Below, in pieces: positions 48,096 to 57,507 of a DNA stretch of 64,000 nt. Location: the NCBI GenBank assembly GCA_965222375.1, contig CBDCTZ010000015.1, positions 320,001 to 384,000 of the forward strand, given 5' to 3'. Numbering within the stretch: the stretch's first letter is position 1; every line of letters begins with the position of its first letter. The DNA comes from Polyangiaceae bacterium (lineage in GTDB: Bacteria; Myxococcota_A; Polyangia; Polyangiales; Polyangiaceae). The notes beneath the pieces are model-generated. The model worked only from the letters and a program-made list of their open reading frames with translations. It was not told where the DNA came from and ran no database searches. The translations under genes and the position numbers were made by a program.

Positions 48096-49559
48096 CTACG
48101 CGAGCAGACCCGTGCGCTGATTGAACTCGGTGATCAGCTCGTCGAGCTTGCCGGCGGTTTCAGGAATCGAGGTCCAATACGAATCGTCGTACCACTGAGC
48201 CTGGATTTCGCCGTAGGTCTTACCCTGCTGTTCCACCCAAGTGTAGTACTTCAAGTTGTGCACCCGCTTCTTCGCCGGGTGCGTCAGCTCTTCCATGAGA
48301 TCGGTGCCCGCGCCCGCGATCCAACGCTGGTGGGCGACAGCGGCGTCCACGTCGGACAGCTCGGCGCGCTCGGCGCGTAGCTCCTCGAGGCGGCTGCCGT
48401 ACATTTCCATGGAGTCCGTGAGCACGGTCACCACGATGCTCTCGCGGCCCAGCTCGAAGTGCTTGGCGAACTTGATTGACGAGATCAGGTTCGCGGCGCC
48501 TGAGATCCCGCACAGAGGCAGGTTCGCTATCAAGGTCTGCGGCACGCCCGCCGCTGCTAGGTACTTCTTGCCCGCTGGCTCGTTGAACAGCCGAATTGCG
48601 GAAATCGACGCCTCGTCATCCACGGCAATCACCACGTCGGTGTTCTTGACGTTGTGGATCCAAGGTACGTGCTTGTCACCAATGCCCTCGATGCGATGCT
48701 CACCAAAGCCATTTCGAAGCAAAGTGGGACACTGAGCAGCTTCGCTGGCGGCAATGCGGCAACCCGGGAAGCGCTTCTTCAGGTAGTCGCCCGAGGCAAT
48801 GGTCCCAGCAGAACCCGTGGTGACCACGAGTCCCGCCAGGCGCCCCCGGGCCCCGAGCTGACTTTCGACAACTTCCGCCATGGCGCGGCCGGTGATCTCG
48901 TGATGCCACAGGTAGTTCCCGAACTCGTCAAACTGGTTGAAGATCGATAGCGCCTGCCCCGAGTTCCGCAGCTCCCAACACTTGTCGAAGATCTCTTTGA
49001 CGTTGCTCTCACTACCCGGGGTTTTGATCACTTCGCCGGCAACTTGCTCGAGCCAGGTGAATCGCTCCTTGCTCATACCCTCGGGCAGGATCGCGATCGA
49101 CTCGCATCCGAGAAGTGCCGAGTCGTAAGCGCCACCACGGCAGTAGTTGCCCGTGGATGGCCACACCGCTTTCTGAGACGTGGGATCGAACTGACCCGTG
49201 ACCAGGCGAGGTGCCAAGCACCCGAAGGCGGCACCGACCTTGTGCGCGCCGGTCGGGAACCACTTGCCAACCAGAGCAATGATGCGAGCGTCAACGCCGG
49301 TGAGCTCCGGCGGGAACTCGACGAAGTTCACCGGCCCGTAGCCACCACCGCTCGCGACCGCTTGGTTGTGCCAGGTGATGCGAAATAGGTTCAGTGGGTT
49401 GACGTCCCACAAACCCACGCCCGCTAGCTTGTCCTTGATCGCAGCGGGGATCAGCGACGGGTTGGCCTGCTGGGCCAAAGTAGGAATAATGATGTTCCGC
49501 TCCCGGGCGCGGCCGACCGCCTTTTCGAGGGTGGCGGTGTCGAGGCTCAAGTCGATCAT
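48096..49559 (-). CDS. PLP-dependent fold-type II enzyme (cysteine synthase / TrpB superfamily), substrate unknown
   Basis: [10 protein letters not shown] (PLP Lys), [31 protein letters not shown]. Confidence 0.85.
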   Translation of the reverse strand: MIDLSLDTATLEKAVGRARERNIIIPTLAQQANPSLIPAAIKDKLAGVGLWDVNPLNLFRITWHNQAVASGGGYGPVNFVEFPPELTGVDARIIALVGKWFPTGAHKVGAAFGCLAPRLVTGQFDPTSQKAVWPSTGNYCRGGAYDSALLGCESIAILPEGMSKERFTWLEQVAGEVIKTPGSESNVKEIFDKCWELRNSGQALSIFNQFDEFGNYLWHHEITGRAMAEVVESQLGARGRLAGLVVTTGSAGTIASGDYLKKRFPGCRIAASEAAQCPTLLRNGFGEHRIEGIGDKHVPWIHNVKNTDVVIAVDDEASISAIRLFNEPAGKKYLAAAGVPQTLIANLPLCGISGAANLISSIKFAKHFELGRESIVVTVLTDSMEMYGSRLEELRAERAELSDVDAAVAHQRWIAGAGTDLMEELTHPAKKRVHNLKYYTWVEQQGKTYGEIQAQWYDDSYWTSIPETAGKLDELITEFNQRTGLLA

Positions 49560-49578
49560 GTGATTCGTTTCCTAAGGT

Positions 49579-50799
49579 TCAGGCAAAAACCTGTCGAAGC
49601 GAGTCCAAGGACGCTTCAATGACCGGCGCGCTCTGCTGCGCGGCGCGCTCGGCGGCCGCAATATCTTTCAATCCGTTGCCGGTGATCAACAGCACCACCT
49701 CTTCTGCCCGCGAAACGACGCCCTGGGTCAGCGCCGCCTCCAATCCGGCGTGAGAAGCCGCCGCCGCAGGTTCGGCAAATACCGAAGCGCAGGCAGCTAG
49801 CCGTGCAATCGAGCTCAGGATCTGCTCGTCGCTCACGATCACGAAGCTACCGCCCGTCTCTCGCACGGCGCGAAGCGCCCGCACGCCGTCAGCGGGGCGG
49901 CCAGCGGCAATGCTGTCGGCAAGGGTGTTCGTCTGCTCGGGCGTGATCTGATCTTTGCCGGCCATGAACGCCTTTGCGATGGGTGACGAGCCTTCAGCTT
50001 GGACGCCCAGCAACTTCGGCACACGATCGATGAAGCCCAGGGCGTGCAGTTGCCGAAAACCACCGTACACGCCCATGAGAATGTTGCCGTCGCCCACGGG
50101 CACGACGACTCGATCCGGGGCGCGCCACCCCAACTGTTCGGCGATCTCGAAGCTGACGGTTTTCTTGCCTTCAGCGGTGAAGGGATTCGAGCCCGTATTG
50201 CGACAGTACCAGCTGAACTCCTTGGCAGCCCCTTCGGCGAGTTCGAAGGCGTCATCGTAGCTGCCGCGCACCAGCACCAAGTTGGCGCCAAAGATCTTGA
50301 GTTGTGCGATCTTGGCCGGGGGCGCCGACTCGGGCACCAAGATGACGGCGTCCAGCCCTACACTGCCAGCCATGGCCGCCAGGGCGACTCCTGCGTTGCC
50401 CGTCGACGCCGTGATCACGCGCTCGGCGCGGATCTCTTGGGCACGCAGCGTGACCACTGCGCTCGCGCGATCTTTGAGGGAGCCCGTGGGCTGGCGTCCT
50501 TCGTCTTTGATCCACAGTTTGCCGAGCCCCAACATGCGGGCCATGCGCGCGGCGGCGAACAGCGGCGTGCCACCCACAGTGCTCAAAGGGCCGGCGTCGG
50601 CGCCCGGCGCACCCACCGCGAGCAGCGACGCATACCGCCACATAGATGGGTCACGATTGGCGCTAATCTCTTCGCAACTGGCGGCGCCCGCTTCGACACG
50701 AACCGTGAGGTTTCCGCCGCAGCTTGGGCAGCCGTAGGTTGCCCCGGTGGGTTCGAATCGGCCCTGGCACGCCAGGCAGTCGTAGCCGGCAAAGCTCAT
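49579..50799 (-). CDS. thrC: Threonine synthase-like PLP enzyme with N-terminal zinc ribbon
   Basis: CLAC...CPSC, SMWRY, GGTPL, PTGSLKDR, ASTGNAG, EGKKT, EPAAAA, ITGNGLKD; ATG at 50799. Confidence 0.8.
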   Translation of the reverse strand: MSFAGYDCLACQGRFEPTGATYGCPSCGGNLTVRVEAGAASCEEISANRDPSMWRYASLLAVGAPGADAGPLSTVGGTPLFAAARMARMLGLGKLWIKDEGRQPTGSLKDRASAVVTLRAQEIRAERVITASTGNAGVALAAMAGSVGLDAVILVPESAPPAKIAQLKIFGANLVLVRGSYDDAFELAEGAAKEFSWYCRNTGSNPFTAEGKKTVSFEIAEQLGWRAPDRVVVPVGDGNILMGVYGGFRQLHALGFIDRVPKLLGVQAEGSSPIAKAFMAGKDQITPEQTNTLADSIAAGRPADGVRALRAVRETGGSFVIVSDEQILSSIARLAACASVFAEPAAAASHAGLEAALTQGVVSRAEEVVLLITGNGLKDIAAAERAAQQSAPVIEASLDSLRQVFA

Positions 50800-51058
50800 T
50801 ACCCGCCAGATACGATTGCGGCGAGGCGAAGGGAAGGCCGAAGTCATCGTGGGCGCTCCAAGTGCAGTTGACTTAGGTGCCCAAGCTGATCTCGTTGTCC
50901 TCCCAGGGTCGCAGTTGCCACTGCTGGCGGCGTAGGCGTTGTCACAAGCCTCGTAGCAAGAGCTCGATGCCTGCTGTTCTTCGCCGGTCGACTCTTCATC
51001 AAAGTCCGCACCACTGCAGCCGGGAGCGCCAAGGGGACAGATGGAGATGGTTCGGTGG

Positions 51059-51187
51059 GTAGTCGGTGCCCCCGTAGACGGGCACGCTATGCAGCACGAT
51101 ATCGCCTGACCGCAGCAGGGCGCGCAAGGTGGTGGAGATCGCGGCCATGCCACCTTCGAAGGAGGCGCAAATCTCGGCGCCGTCCCA
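51059..51187 (-). pseudogene. Fragment of a cystathionine gamma-synthase / methionine gamma-lyase family gene
   Basis: WDGAEICASFEGGMAAISTTLRALLRSGDIVLHSVPVYGGTDY matches the SGMAAI...GD......YGGT pattern; only about 43 codons. Confidence 0.6.
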
Positions 51188-51278
51188 GGGGTAGTCCCCT
51201 GCGCTGCAGCTCGGGGGCAGGTCGCCGACTCGGCCCAGAAGTGGCGCAGGGGGCGGAGCAACCTGGTAGGCTCCGGCC

Positions 51279-51866
51279 ATGACTCACGCTTGGACGGTGG
51301 CGGGTGCCGTCGCTCTTTTGGTCAGCTGTGGAAGCTCCGAGGACTCCGAGCCCGCCGGAACGGGAGGAGCGACCAGCAGCGGTGGTGCGGCGGGCAGTAG
51401 CGGCGGCGCGGCGGGCAGTAGCGGCGGTGCGGCCGGAAGCAGCGGCGCAGTGGGCAGCAGCGGTGGCGCAGCGGGCAGCGGTGGCTCAGCAGGCAGCAGC
51501 GGCGGTGCGGCGGGCGGCAGCGGTGGCGCGGCAGGTAGTACTGGTGGCGCAGCGGGCAGCAGCGGCGCAGCGGGTAGTGGAGGCGTCACGTTCAAGAACA
51601 CGAGCGCGTGTCCGGCTCAGGCTCCGTCGGGTAGCTCCTGCACTGCAGCCTTGTGCTGCTATCAACCCGATGGCCCGGTGCATACGTGTGCCATCGGGTT
51701 GGGAGGTGCTCCGAGCGTCTGGACGACCGTTTCCAACAAGAAGTGCTGCGGGGCGACCCCTCCTACGATCGGCGCTGCCTGCGACACCCCTTCCCCGATC
51801 ACGTGTTGCTACGGCACCAGCGGGTTCCGCTGTGAAACCACATGGAAGACCGCCAGCGGCTGCTGA
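51279..51866 (+). CDS. Lipoprotein with GGAAGSS repeats and Cys-rich domain
   Basis: LVSC-GSSEDSE; about 21-bp repeated linker; paired-Cys C-terminal region. Confidence 0.78.
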   Translation: MTHAWTVAGAVALLVSCGSSEDSEPAGTGGATSSGGAAGSSGGAAGSSGGAAGSSGAVGSSGGAAGSGGSAGSSGGAAGGSGGAAGSTGGAAGSSGAAGSGGVTFKNTSACPAQAPSGSSCTAALCCYQPDGPVHTCAIGLGGAPSVWTTVSNKKCCGATPPTIGAACDTPSPITCCYGTSGFRCETTWKTASGC

Positions 51867-51892
51867 ACCGGCCCTAATAGTGACCCACATCG

Positions 51893-53482
51893 ATGTCGAA
51901 CTCTTCCCAGTGTGCGATTCACCTAGTTCCCCCGGAACTCCTGGAGGGCTTTGTCGAAGCACTCCTCAGCGATGAACTACCATCCAACAAGATCTTCTTC
52001 ACCGTCTCTTTCCTCAAAGTAGCGCTCGGGTCGCGCGTTCGTACAAGCGATGACGACCGCGAGGACCGTCTAAAAAGATCCTTTGCCCACATTGTTTCCC
52101 GCGAGGCACCATACGTGCGCGTCCCGACCGCAATCCTCACCTGCTGGGACGGCGTTGGAACCCCCGAGAGCGAGTGGAACGACTTCGAGGGCTTTGCGCG
52201 CGCCCTCGCTCCAGTGTTTGACGCCTTTCCCGAGCTCATAAGGTGGAAAGATGAACGTCTCACGGAGCAGGGGAACTTTGGCCGCTACATTCCGCCGAGC
52301 CAGGTGGCGAACGCACTGAGCGACTTCGAGCAGCATCTTCAAGGTCACCTGGAAAAGCATGAGATGGCTCGGGTGATACGCCACGCACTACGGACAGCGG
52401 TCGAGCGGGGCTGCGGGTACTGGGAAACTGCTGGACTCGCCCTCGCCGAAAACGAAGACCCAACCCTCGAGCTGTGGAAAAGTGAGGCACCGGCGCTCGA
52501 CTCGGTGCATCTGAACATGACGCTGGGGCGATTCGCGGCGGTCTTCGCGAACGCAGCCGTGATCGCCTCGGCCTCCGATGGGTGGACGGCGACGGTCGAC
52601 TTCTCGAGGCCAGGCTTTCCCGTAGAGCGTCTCTGCGACAAGCCTGTCGACGGCGTTGCCATTGGGGATCGCCAGATGCTGGTGGAAACAACCTCCCAGG
52701 GAAAACCGAGTTTGGCCACCCTCGATGTCGTGAGCGGGGAAACGCAAACACTTCCCCTCGAAGTTTCCAAGCCTACTGACATCGACACTCTGCGTTGGCT
52801 GGGAAACCGACTCCTCATCGCTCCGTTGCCGACTTTGGGCGCTAGAGGCCAAACTCCCGCCTGGCACGAGCCGGGCACCGGAAAACTGATTCCCCTGGAC
52901 CTGCCCGAGCCGCCAGGCGGCTGGCGGCGCCCTCCGATCCGTGGCGGTTCCGGTTGGACCTGGGGCATGTTCGCTGCCGCCAAGGTTGGTGACAGCATCT
53001 TGGTCATCTGGGGCGGCTGGCTATACCGAATCGATGGCGAACAAACCACGTTGCTGGAGCCCAGCGATCTCGTTCACACGGGCGGCGGTGCGACCCTGGT
53101 CCCCTCGTCGAAAGGTGCCTATTGGCTCGCCAACGATTCCCTGGTCCACCTCGGGCTGGATGGAACGAAGCTGGTCTTCTCTGACGTCCGCCACGCACAC
53201 CAGCTGGTCGCCGGCGACGCCGGGGCGCTCGTGCTCGTACTGCGCGACCATCCCCACGCCCACACGCTGCATGTCGTGTGGCCTGAGCGCAAAGAGATGA
53301 CTTCGGTCGGCGCACCCCTGCTGGGAGATTCTGTCATGCCAGCCGGTGCCGCTTACATTCCAGGCGCGAAAGCCTTGGCAATCATCTACGGCTCCCCCAA
53401 ACAGCAGACCACGGAGCTGCGTTTGCTACCCTGGAAGATGATCGACGACCTGCCGCGCACCCGCATGGCAGCAACCAACTAG
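51893..53482 (+). CDS. Hypothetical protein (helical N-terminal, beta-propeller-like C-terminal)
   Basis: 529-aa ORF with ordinary composition; no motif recognised. Confidence 0.7.
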   Translation: MSNSSQCAIHLVPPELLEGFVEALLSDELPSNKIFFTVSFLKVALGSRVRTSDDDREDRLKRSFAHIVSREAPYVRVPTAILTCWDGVGTPESEWNDFEGFARALAPVFDAFPELIRWKDERLTEQGNFGRYIPPSQVANALSDFEQHLQGHLEKHEMARVIRHALRTAVERGCGYWETAGLALAENEDPTLELWKSEAPALDSVHLNMTLGRFAAVFANAAVIASASDGWTATVDFSRPGFPVERLCDKPVDGVAIGDRQMLVETTSQGKPSLATLDVVSGETQTLPLEVSKPTDIDTLRWLGNRLLIAPLPTLGARGQTPAWHEPGTGKLIPLDLPEPPGGWRRPPIRGGSGWTWGMFAAAKVGDSILVIWGGWLYRIDGEQTTLLEPSDLVHTGGGATLVPSSKGAYWLANDSLVHLGLDGTKLVFSDVRHAHQLVAGDAGALVLVLRDHPHAHTLHVVWPERKEMTSVGAPLLGDSVMPAGAAYIPGAKALAIIYGSPKQQTTELRLLPWKMIDDLPRTRMAATN

Positions 53483-53594
53483 ACGCTCGGTTGCGCAGGT
53501 TTCACTGCTATCGGTGCCTAGCCCGCATGATTCGCGAGCTGGAAGAACGCCAGGTCTCCCAAGCAGATTCGCGCCGTGCGAGATCGCGCAGGCC

Positions 53595-54629
53595 CTAGAG
53601 CTGCACGGCCAGACCAGCGAAGGCCGTTGCCCACACACCGTCCATTCCAAATTCCTTGTCTTGGGAACGACCTACGACGGGGAGCGTCACCCAACCCACC
53701 TCCCCCGTCACACCCGCTGCCAAACGCTCACCTAGGGGGAGCGTTAGAGACAGTGTCGCGGCCGGGCCGCCCCATGCGCCCGCGAGACCAAGCGATTCCG
53801 TCACCTCGCCCATGGCGTCGCCGGTCAGCCAAGCGTAACCGAACCGCCCCCCCAGCCCCCCTGCCAACTGCGGCCCACCAAAGTAAACGCCCGCTCGGGC
53901 GAATACACCAACGGAAGAAGCGTGAAGTCGAATGTCGCCGAGCGATGTCCTGGTGCTGGCAAACACGTGGCTGGCGCTGGCCATGAGCGAAAACCAAGAA
54001 ACCAGCTGATAGCTGATACCTATGCCACCGCCCAACGCGGGCCCGGTGTTGTTCACAACACCCCCGGCGCCGAACACACCCAGTTCCCAGCGCCGGGTTG
54101 CACGGCGGCGACTCCGGGCGCGAGATTGCTGGCGGTCCACGCTGTCTCGTGCCGCATCGACAACGGCCGGCGATGCTGTCTGGTCGACCAAGGGAACCGA
54201 GGGCTGCGGCGTAGCCTCGAGCTCAATCCAGCTGGCGGCCACCAGCTCTGCAATGGCTAGGGCTAGCAGCCTACCGCGCGCTGGAATGGCGACGCGCAGT
54301 AGATCGATACGTCGACGCAGTGTCTTGCCGGTAATCGGATCGTCGAGGTACAGCGAGATCCAGCCGTTGTCACATGCCGCACGCACTCGGGTCGTGTCGG
54401 CGTCGATGCTCTCCCCTTTGTCTACGAGCAGCACGCCGAGTTCCAGAGCCGCGAGGCGTCGCACGTCAGGGGCGCGCACAGCGATGCAAGGATGAATATC
54501 GACCATGACTGGGGGCGGTCCCCACTCAATCGAGGTTGCGCGTCCCGCTTTGTGGACTTGCGGCTGTGCGGCACCCGTTGCGCTGACCAACAACATCGCG
54601 AGAATGGAGCGTAGCGTGTTAAGGATCAC
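53595..54629 (-). CDS. Secreted protein with C-terminal outer-membrane beta-strand-like domain
   Basis: Signal peptide; RLLALAIAELV; alternating Gly/hydrophobic strands ending GLAVQL; overlaps the anti-sigma gene. Confidence 0.72.
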   Translation of the reverse strand: MILNTLRSILAMLLVSATGAAQPQVHKAGRATSIEWGPPPVMVDIHPCIAVRAPDVRRLAALELGVLLVDKGESIDADTTRVRAACDNGWISLYLDDPITGKTLRRRIDLLRVAIPARGRLLALAIAELVAASWIELEATPQPSVPLVDQTASPAVVDAARDSVDRQQSRARSRRRATRRWELGVFGAGGVVNNTGPALGGGIGISYQLVSWFSLMASASHVFASTRTSLGDIRLHASSVGVFARAGVYFGGPQLAGGLGGRFGYAWLTGDAMGEVTESLGLAGAWGGPAATLSLTLPLGERLAAGVTGEVGWVTLPVVGRSQDKEFGMDGVWATAFAGLAVQL

Positions 54630-55419
54630 TGAGGCCGCCGTACCGTCGCACCAAGTTCAGTCGTCGCCCACGCGGATATTGCTTGACGTACAGAGAAGCT
54701 CGAGCCCTGGCTGTATTCGTCTCACCAGCCCGTGACCACGCTTCGACCTCGCGGGCCAGAGCATCTTCGCTGAGGGAGCCACTGGGCGCCAAGTTCCGCG
54801 TCTTAGCGAAGGCCTGGGCTGCTTCCCGGGGACGCCCCAGCTCCCCGAGCAGAACGCGCCCCATGGTGAACGCCGCCATCGCCGCGCGCGGATCGCTGCC
54901 ATGTTCGTTCACCACCCGTGACAAATAGGGAATGGCTTGCGCGGGATGACGCGACAGCCGCGCTACGTCGGCTGCTTTCAACAGCATGGCGACGTCGGTT
55001 TCGATGATCGATATCGGAGTCTTGGAGAGTGCTTGATACGCCTCATCGATCTTGCCATCGTCGGCCAGCGTCTGCCAGTCGACTGCGCTCCGCCGCGGGA
55101 TCACCACCTTGCGCCGCGGCTTGGGCGGCGATGGCTCGGAGCGCACAGTAGGCCGAGGTGTAGACTCCAGCCGCGGTTTGGGGATCACGACGGCTCGGGC
55201 GATCCCCCGCTGCAGCTGAGTCCGAGCATCTTCGAGACTGAGTAACTGGATCAAAATGACGGCCACACCCACCAACACGCCAGCACCAGCGACACGCCGG
55301 ATGGTGCGGTTCCGTCGGCGCCGCGATAGTTGACCTAGGGCGCGCTCGGTGCGCACGTCGTCCCAGTCCGAATCGATGACATCTCGAGCTCGCGCCACAC
55401 GTTCAGTGAGATCACTCAT
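54619..55419 (-). CDS. Single-TM putative anti-sigma factor with C-terminal TPR
   Basis: Overlaps the sigma stop; TM after an Arg cluster; AADVARLSRHP...AAFTMGR...EDALAREVEA...YPRG. Confidence 0.78.
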   Translation of the reverse strand: MSDLTERVARARDVIDSDWDDVRTERALGQLSRRRRNRTIRRVAGAGVLVGVAVILIQLLSLEDARTQLQRGIARAVVIPKPRLESTPRPTVRSEPSPPKPRRKVVIPRRSAVDWQTLADDGKIDEAYQALSKTPISIIETDVAMLLKAADVARLSRHPAQAIPYLSRVVNEHGSDPRAAMAAFTMGRVLLGELGRPREAAQAFAKTRNLAPSGSLSEDALAREVEAWSRAGETNTARARASLYVKQYPRGRRLNLVRRYGGLSDP

Positions 55420-55960
55420 CGCCGAGCACCTCCTGGATCGCAATCTGAGCCGCAGCAATGCGTCGCTTGGCGGCAGCTAGGGAACAGCCGCACAGTTCAG
55501 CGACGCGTGCCAACGGTTCTCCCTGAAGATGCCGCAACGACCACGCCATGCGCTGCTTCACCGGAAGATCGTTGAGGGTCTCGTAGATTCTCACCACCAA
55601 CACCTTGTCTTCAGAACTCGCGCCGGGGGAAACGACCGCCTCGTAGTCGACGGCGGTTTCAAAGCCGAGCAGACTCGCCCAGCGGCGCCGAGTCAGCCGG
55701 CGCTGGGCCAAACGCACCGTGACAGTCGCTAGCCAGCCCTTGATGGCTCGTGGGTTGCGCAGTTTTGAGAGTCCGCGCTGAGCCTCAAGGAAAACATCCT
55801 GGACCAGGTCGTCCACCTCGTCATGACGCCCCAGCAGGCGCACTCCGATTGCGGCAACGTATGGACAATACTTGCGAAAAGCCTCTTCGACGGACAGCTC
55901 TCGCGCCTCGGCATGTTCCGTCGCCTGGACTACGTGGAGCTTCGAGGCGGACCCGGGCAT
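55412..55960 (-). CDS. ECF RNA polymerase sigma factor
   Basis: DDLVQDVF, GWLATVTVR, LPVKQRMAW.LRHLQGEPL.RVAELCGCSLAAAKRR. Confidence 0.92.
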   Translation of the reverse strand: MPGSASKLHVVQATEHAEARELSVEEAFRKYCPYVAAIGVRLLGRHDEVDDLVQDVFLEAQRGLSKLRNPRAIKGWLATVTVRLAQRRLTRRRWASLLGFETAVDYEAVVSPGASSEDKVLVVRIYETLNDLPVKQRMAWSLRHLQGEPLARVAELCGCSLAAAKRRIAAAQIAIQEVLGDE

Positions 55961-56056
55961 CTCATCCCCTAGTGCTAAGGTTGAGCCAATCTGGCTCGCT
56001 GGACGGCGACTTTTTGCGAGCCGTTTGCACTGAGTATCGCACTTAAGAGGGCGCAA

Positions 56057-57418
56057 GTGACGCGAAAACTCCCTATCATCTTCCTGCTCGCGCTCACGGT
56101 AGCGTGTGATGGGACGCGCGGCGAGGTCCTCCGAAAGCCAACCCCGCGGGGCATCGTCGGACAAGCCGCGTTCGATCCCTGCGCGGATAGCCCGGTGCTG
56201 CGAACGCTGTACGTGGACCGCCAAGGTCTCGGCGGGGTATGTAACGACCAGCGAGCCGCGGGTGCCGTCAGCGAAACGACGCCGTGGTGCACTCTCGGAG
56301 CGGCCGCTGCTGCGGTTCAACCGGGAGATGAGGTCATCGTGCGCGCAGGTGTGTACACAGAGGTGCAGAACTGCCCGTTGTGCAACGACAACGCCGTGCT
56401 GCAAGCTGTGGTCAGCGGCGAGGCAGGCAAGTGCATCCGCTTCACGGCGCAGAGCGGCGAGTCCGTCGAGATCACCGGTGATGGTGGCGCAATGCACGGC
56501 ATTCAGCTGCTGAAGACCGCTAACGGCGGTATCACACCGCGGTTCATCGCGGTTCGCGGGTTTCGTGTCCGCGACGTTCCCGGCAATTGCCTGAACGTCA
56601 GACAAACGTCGGATCTGCTACTTGTCGGTCTCGAGTTGACCAGCTGCGCCAACGGTGCGGCGGAGCTTCACGAGACCGCCCGGGTCGTACTCGACCGCGC
56701 CAACGTTCACGACAATGCTCTTGGTGGCTGGACCAGCGCCGTCGATCTATTCCGATGTCGCGAAAACAACGTCGTCAGCAATAGCCGCATCTGGAACAAT
56801 ACCGACGAGGATCCGCGCGAATCCGAGGGCCACGGCATCACCATGGACATGTGCCATCCGGAAGGCAGCGCACTGATCGAAAACAACGTCATTCATGACA
56901 ATGAGGGCGGATGTTTGTCGATCTTCGAGAGCAACCGGGCGACGGCGCGGAACAACACCTGCTTCAAAAACGGCTTGCGTGCAGGCACTGGTGAGATGAC
57001 CTTCTTGGGAAGCGGTCACCAAATCTACAACAACATTGCCGTGCCTCGAACGGGTGCGAAGGCGTTGAACATCCGTGAACGTGCGGACTACCCCGTCGAT
57101 CTCGCATCGATCCGCGCTGGCTACAACATTCTGTGGGCAGACACGCACACCGACCTGGTGGGCTGGGGGCTCGGCAATCGCGGCGACGTCGTTCAATACC
57201 AAAAAGACAATCCCGGCTGGGGAGAAAGCACGCTGCAACAGGACCCACGGCTGGCAGCACCGGCGCAGCACGACTTCCGCTTGATCCTTGGCTCACCGGC
57301 GGTCGATTCCGCAGCGGGGGAGCTCGCCTCGCCAATCGATATCGAAGGGCGAGCGCGGCCTCGGGATGGCAACGGAGACGGCATTGCAGTCGCCGATCGC
57401 GGCGCTCACGAGCTGTAA
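56057..57418 (+). CDS. Right-handed parallel beta-helix (pectin-lyase fold) lipoprotein
   Basis: LTVAC; PWCTL...VQPGD.V.VRAGVY; IENNVIHDN, NNTCFKN; DFRL..GSPAVD...DRGAHE tail. Confidence 0.85.
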   Translation: MTRKLPIIFLLALTVACDGTRGEVLRKPTPRGIVGQAAFDPCADSPVLRTLYVDRQGLGGVCNDQRAAGAVSETTPWCTLGAAAAAVQPGDEVIVRAGVYTEVQNCPLCNDNAVLQAVVSGEAGKCIRFTAQSGESVEITGDGGAMHGIQLLKTANGGITPRFIAVRGFRVRDVPGNCLNVRQTSDLLLVGLELTSCANGAAELHETARVVLDRANVHDNALGGWTSAVDLFRCRENNVVSNSRIWNNTDEDPRESEGHGITMDMCHPEGSALIENNVIHDNEGGCLSIFESNRATARNNTCFKNGLRAGTGEMTFLGSGHQIYNNIAVPRTGAKALNIRERADYPVDLASIRAGYNILWADTHTDLVGWGLGNRGDVVQYQKDNPGWGESTLQQDPRLAAPAQHDFRLILGSPAVDSAAGELASPIDIEGRARPRDGNGDGIAVADRGAHEL

Positions 57419-57507
57419 GGCCCGGCGAATGGAAGATTGTCATGGCTATAGCGAGCCGTTTTCGTCGGTGGCAACCACTGATGTGACCAAGGAGGATCCT
57501 TTTTCAA

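Noticed and set aside
49579..51261. 154-aa N-terminal extension on the threonine synthase ORF
   Set aside because: Chance open frame through the fragment mosaic; family homology begins at ATG 50799
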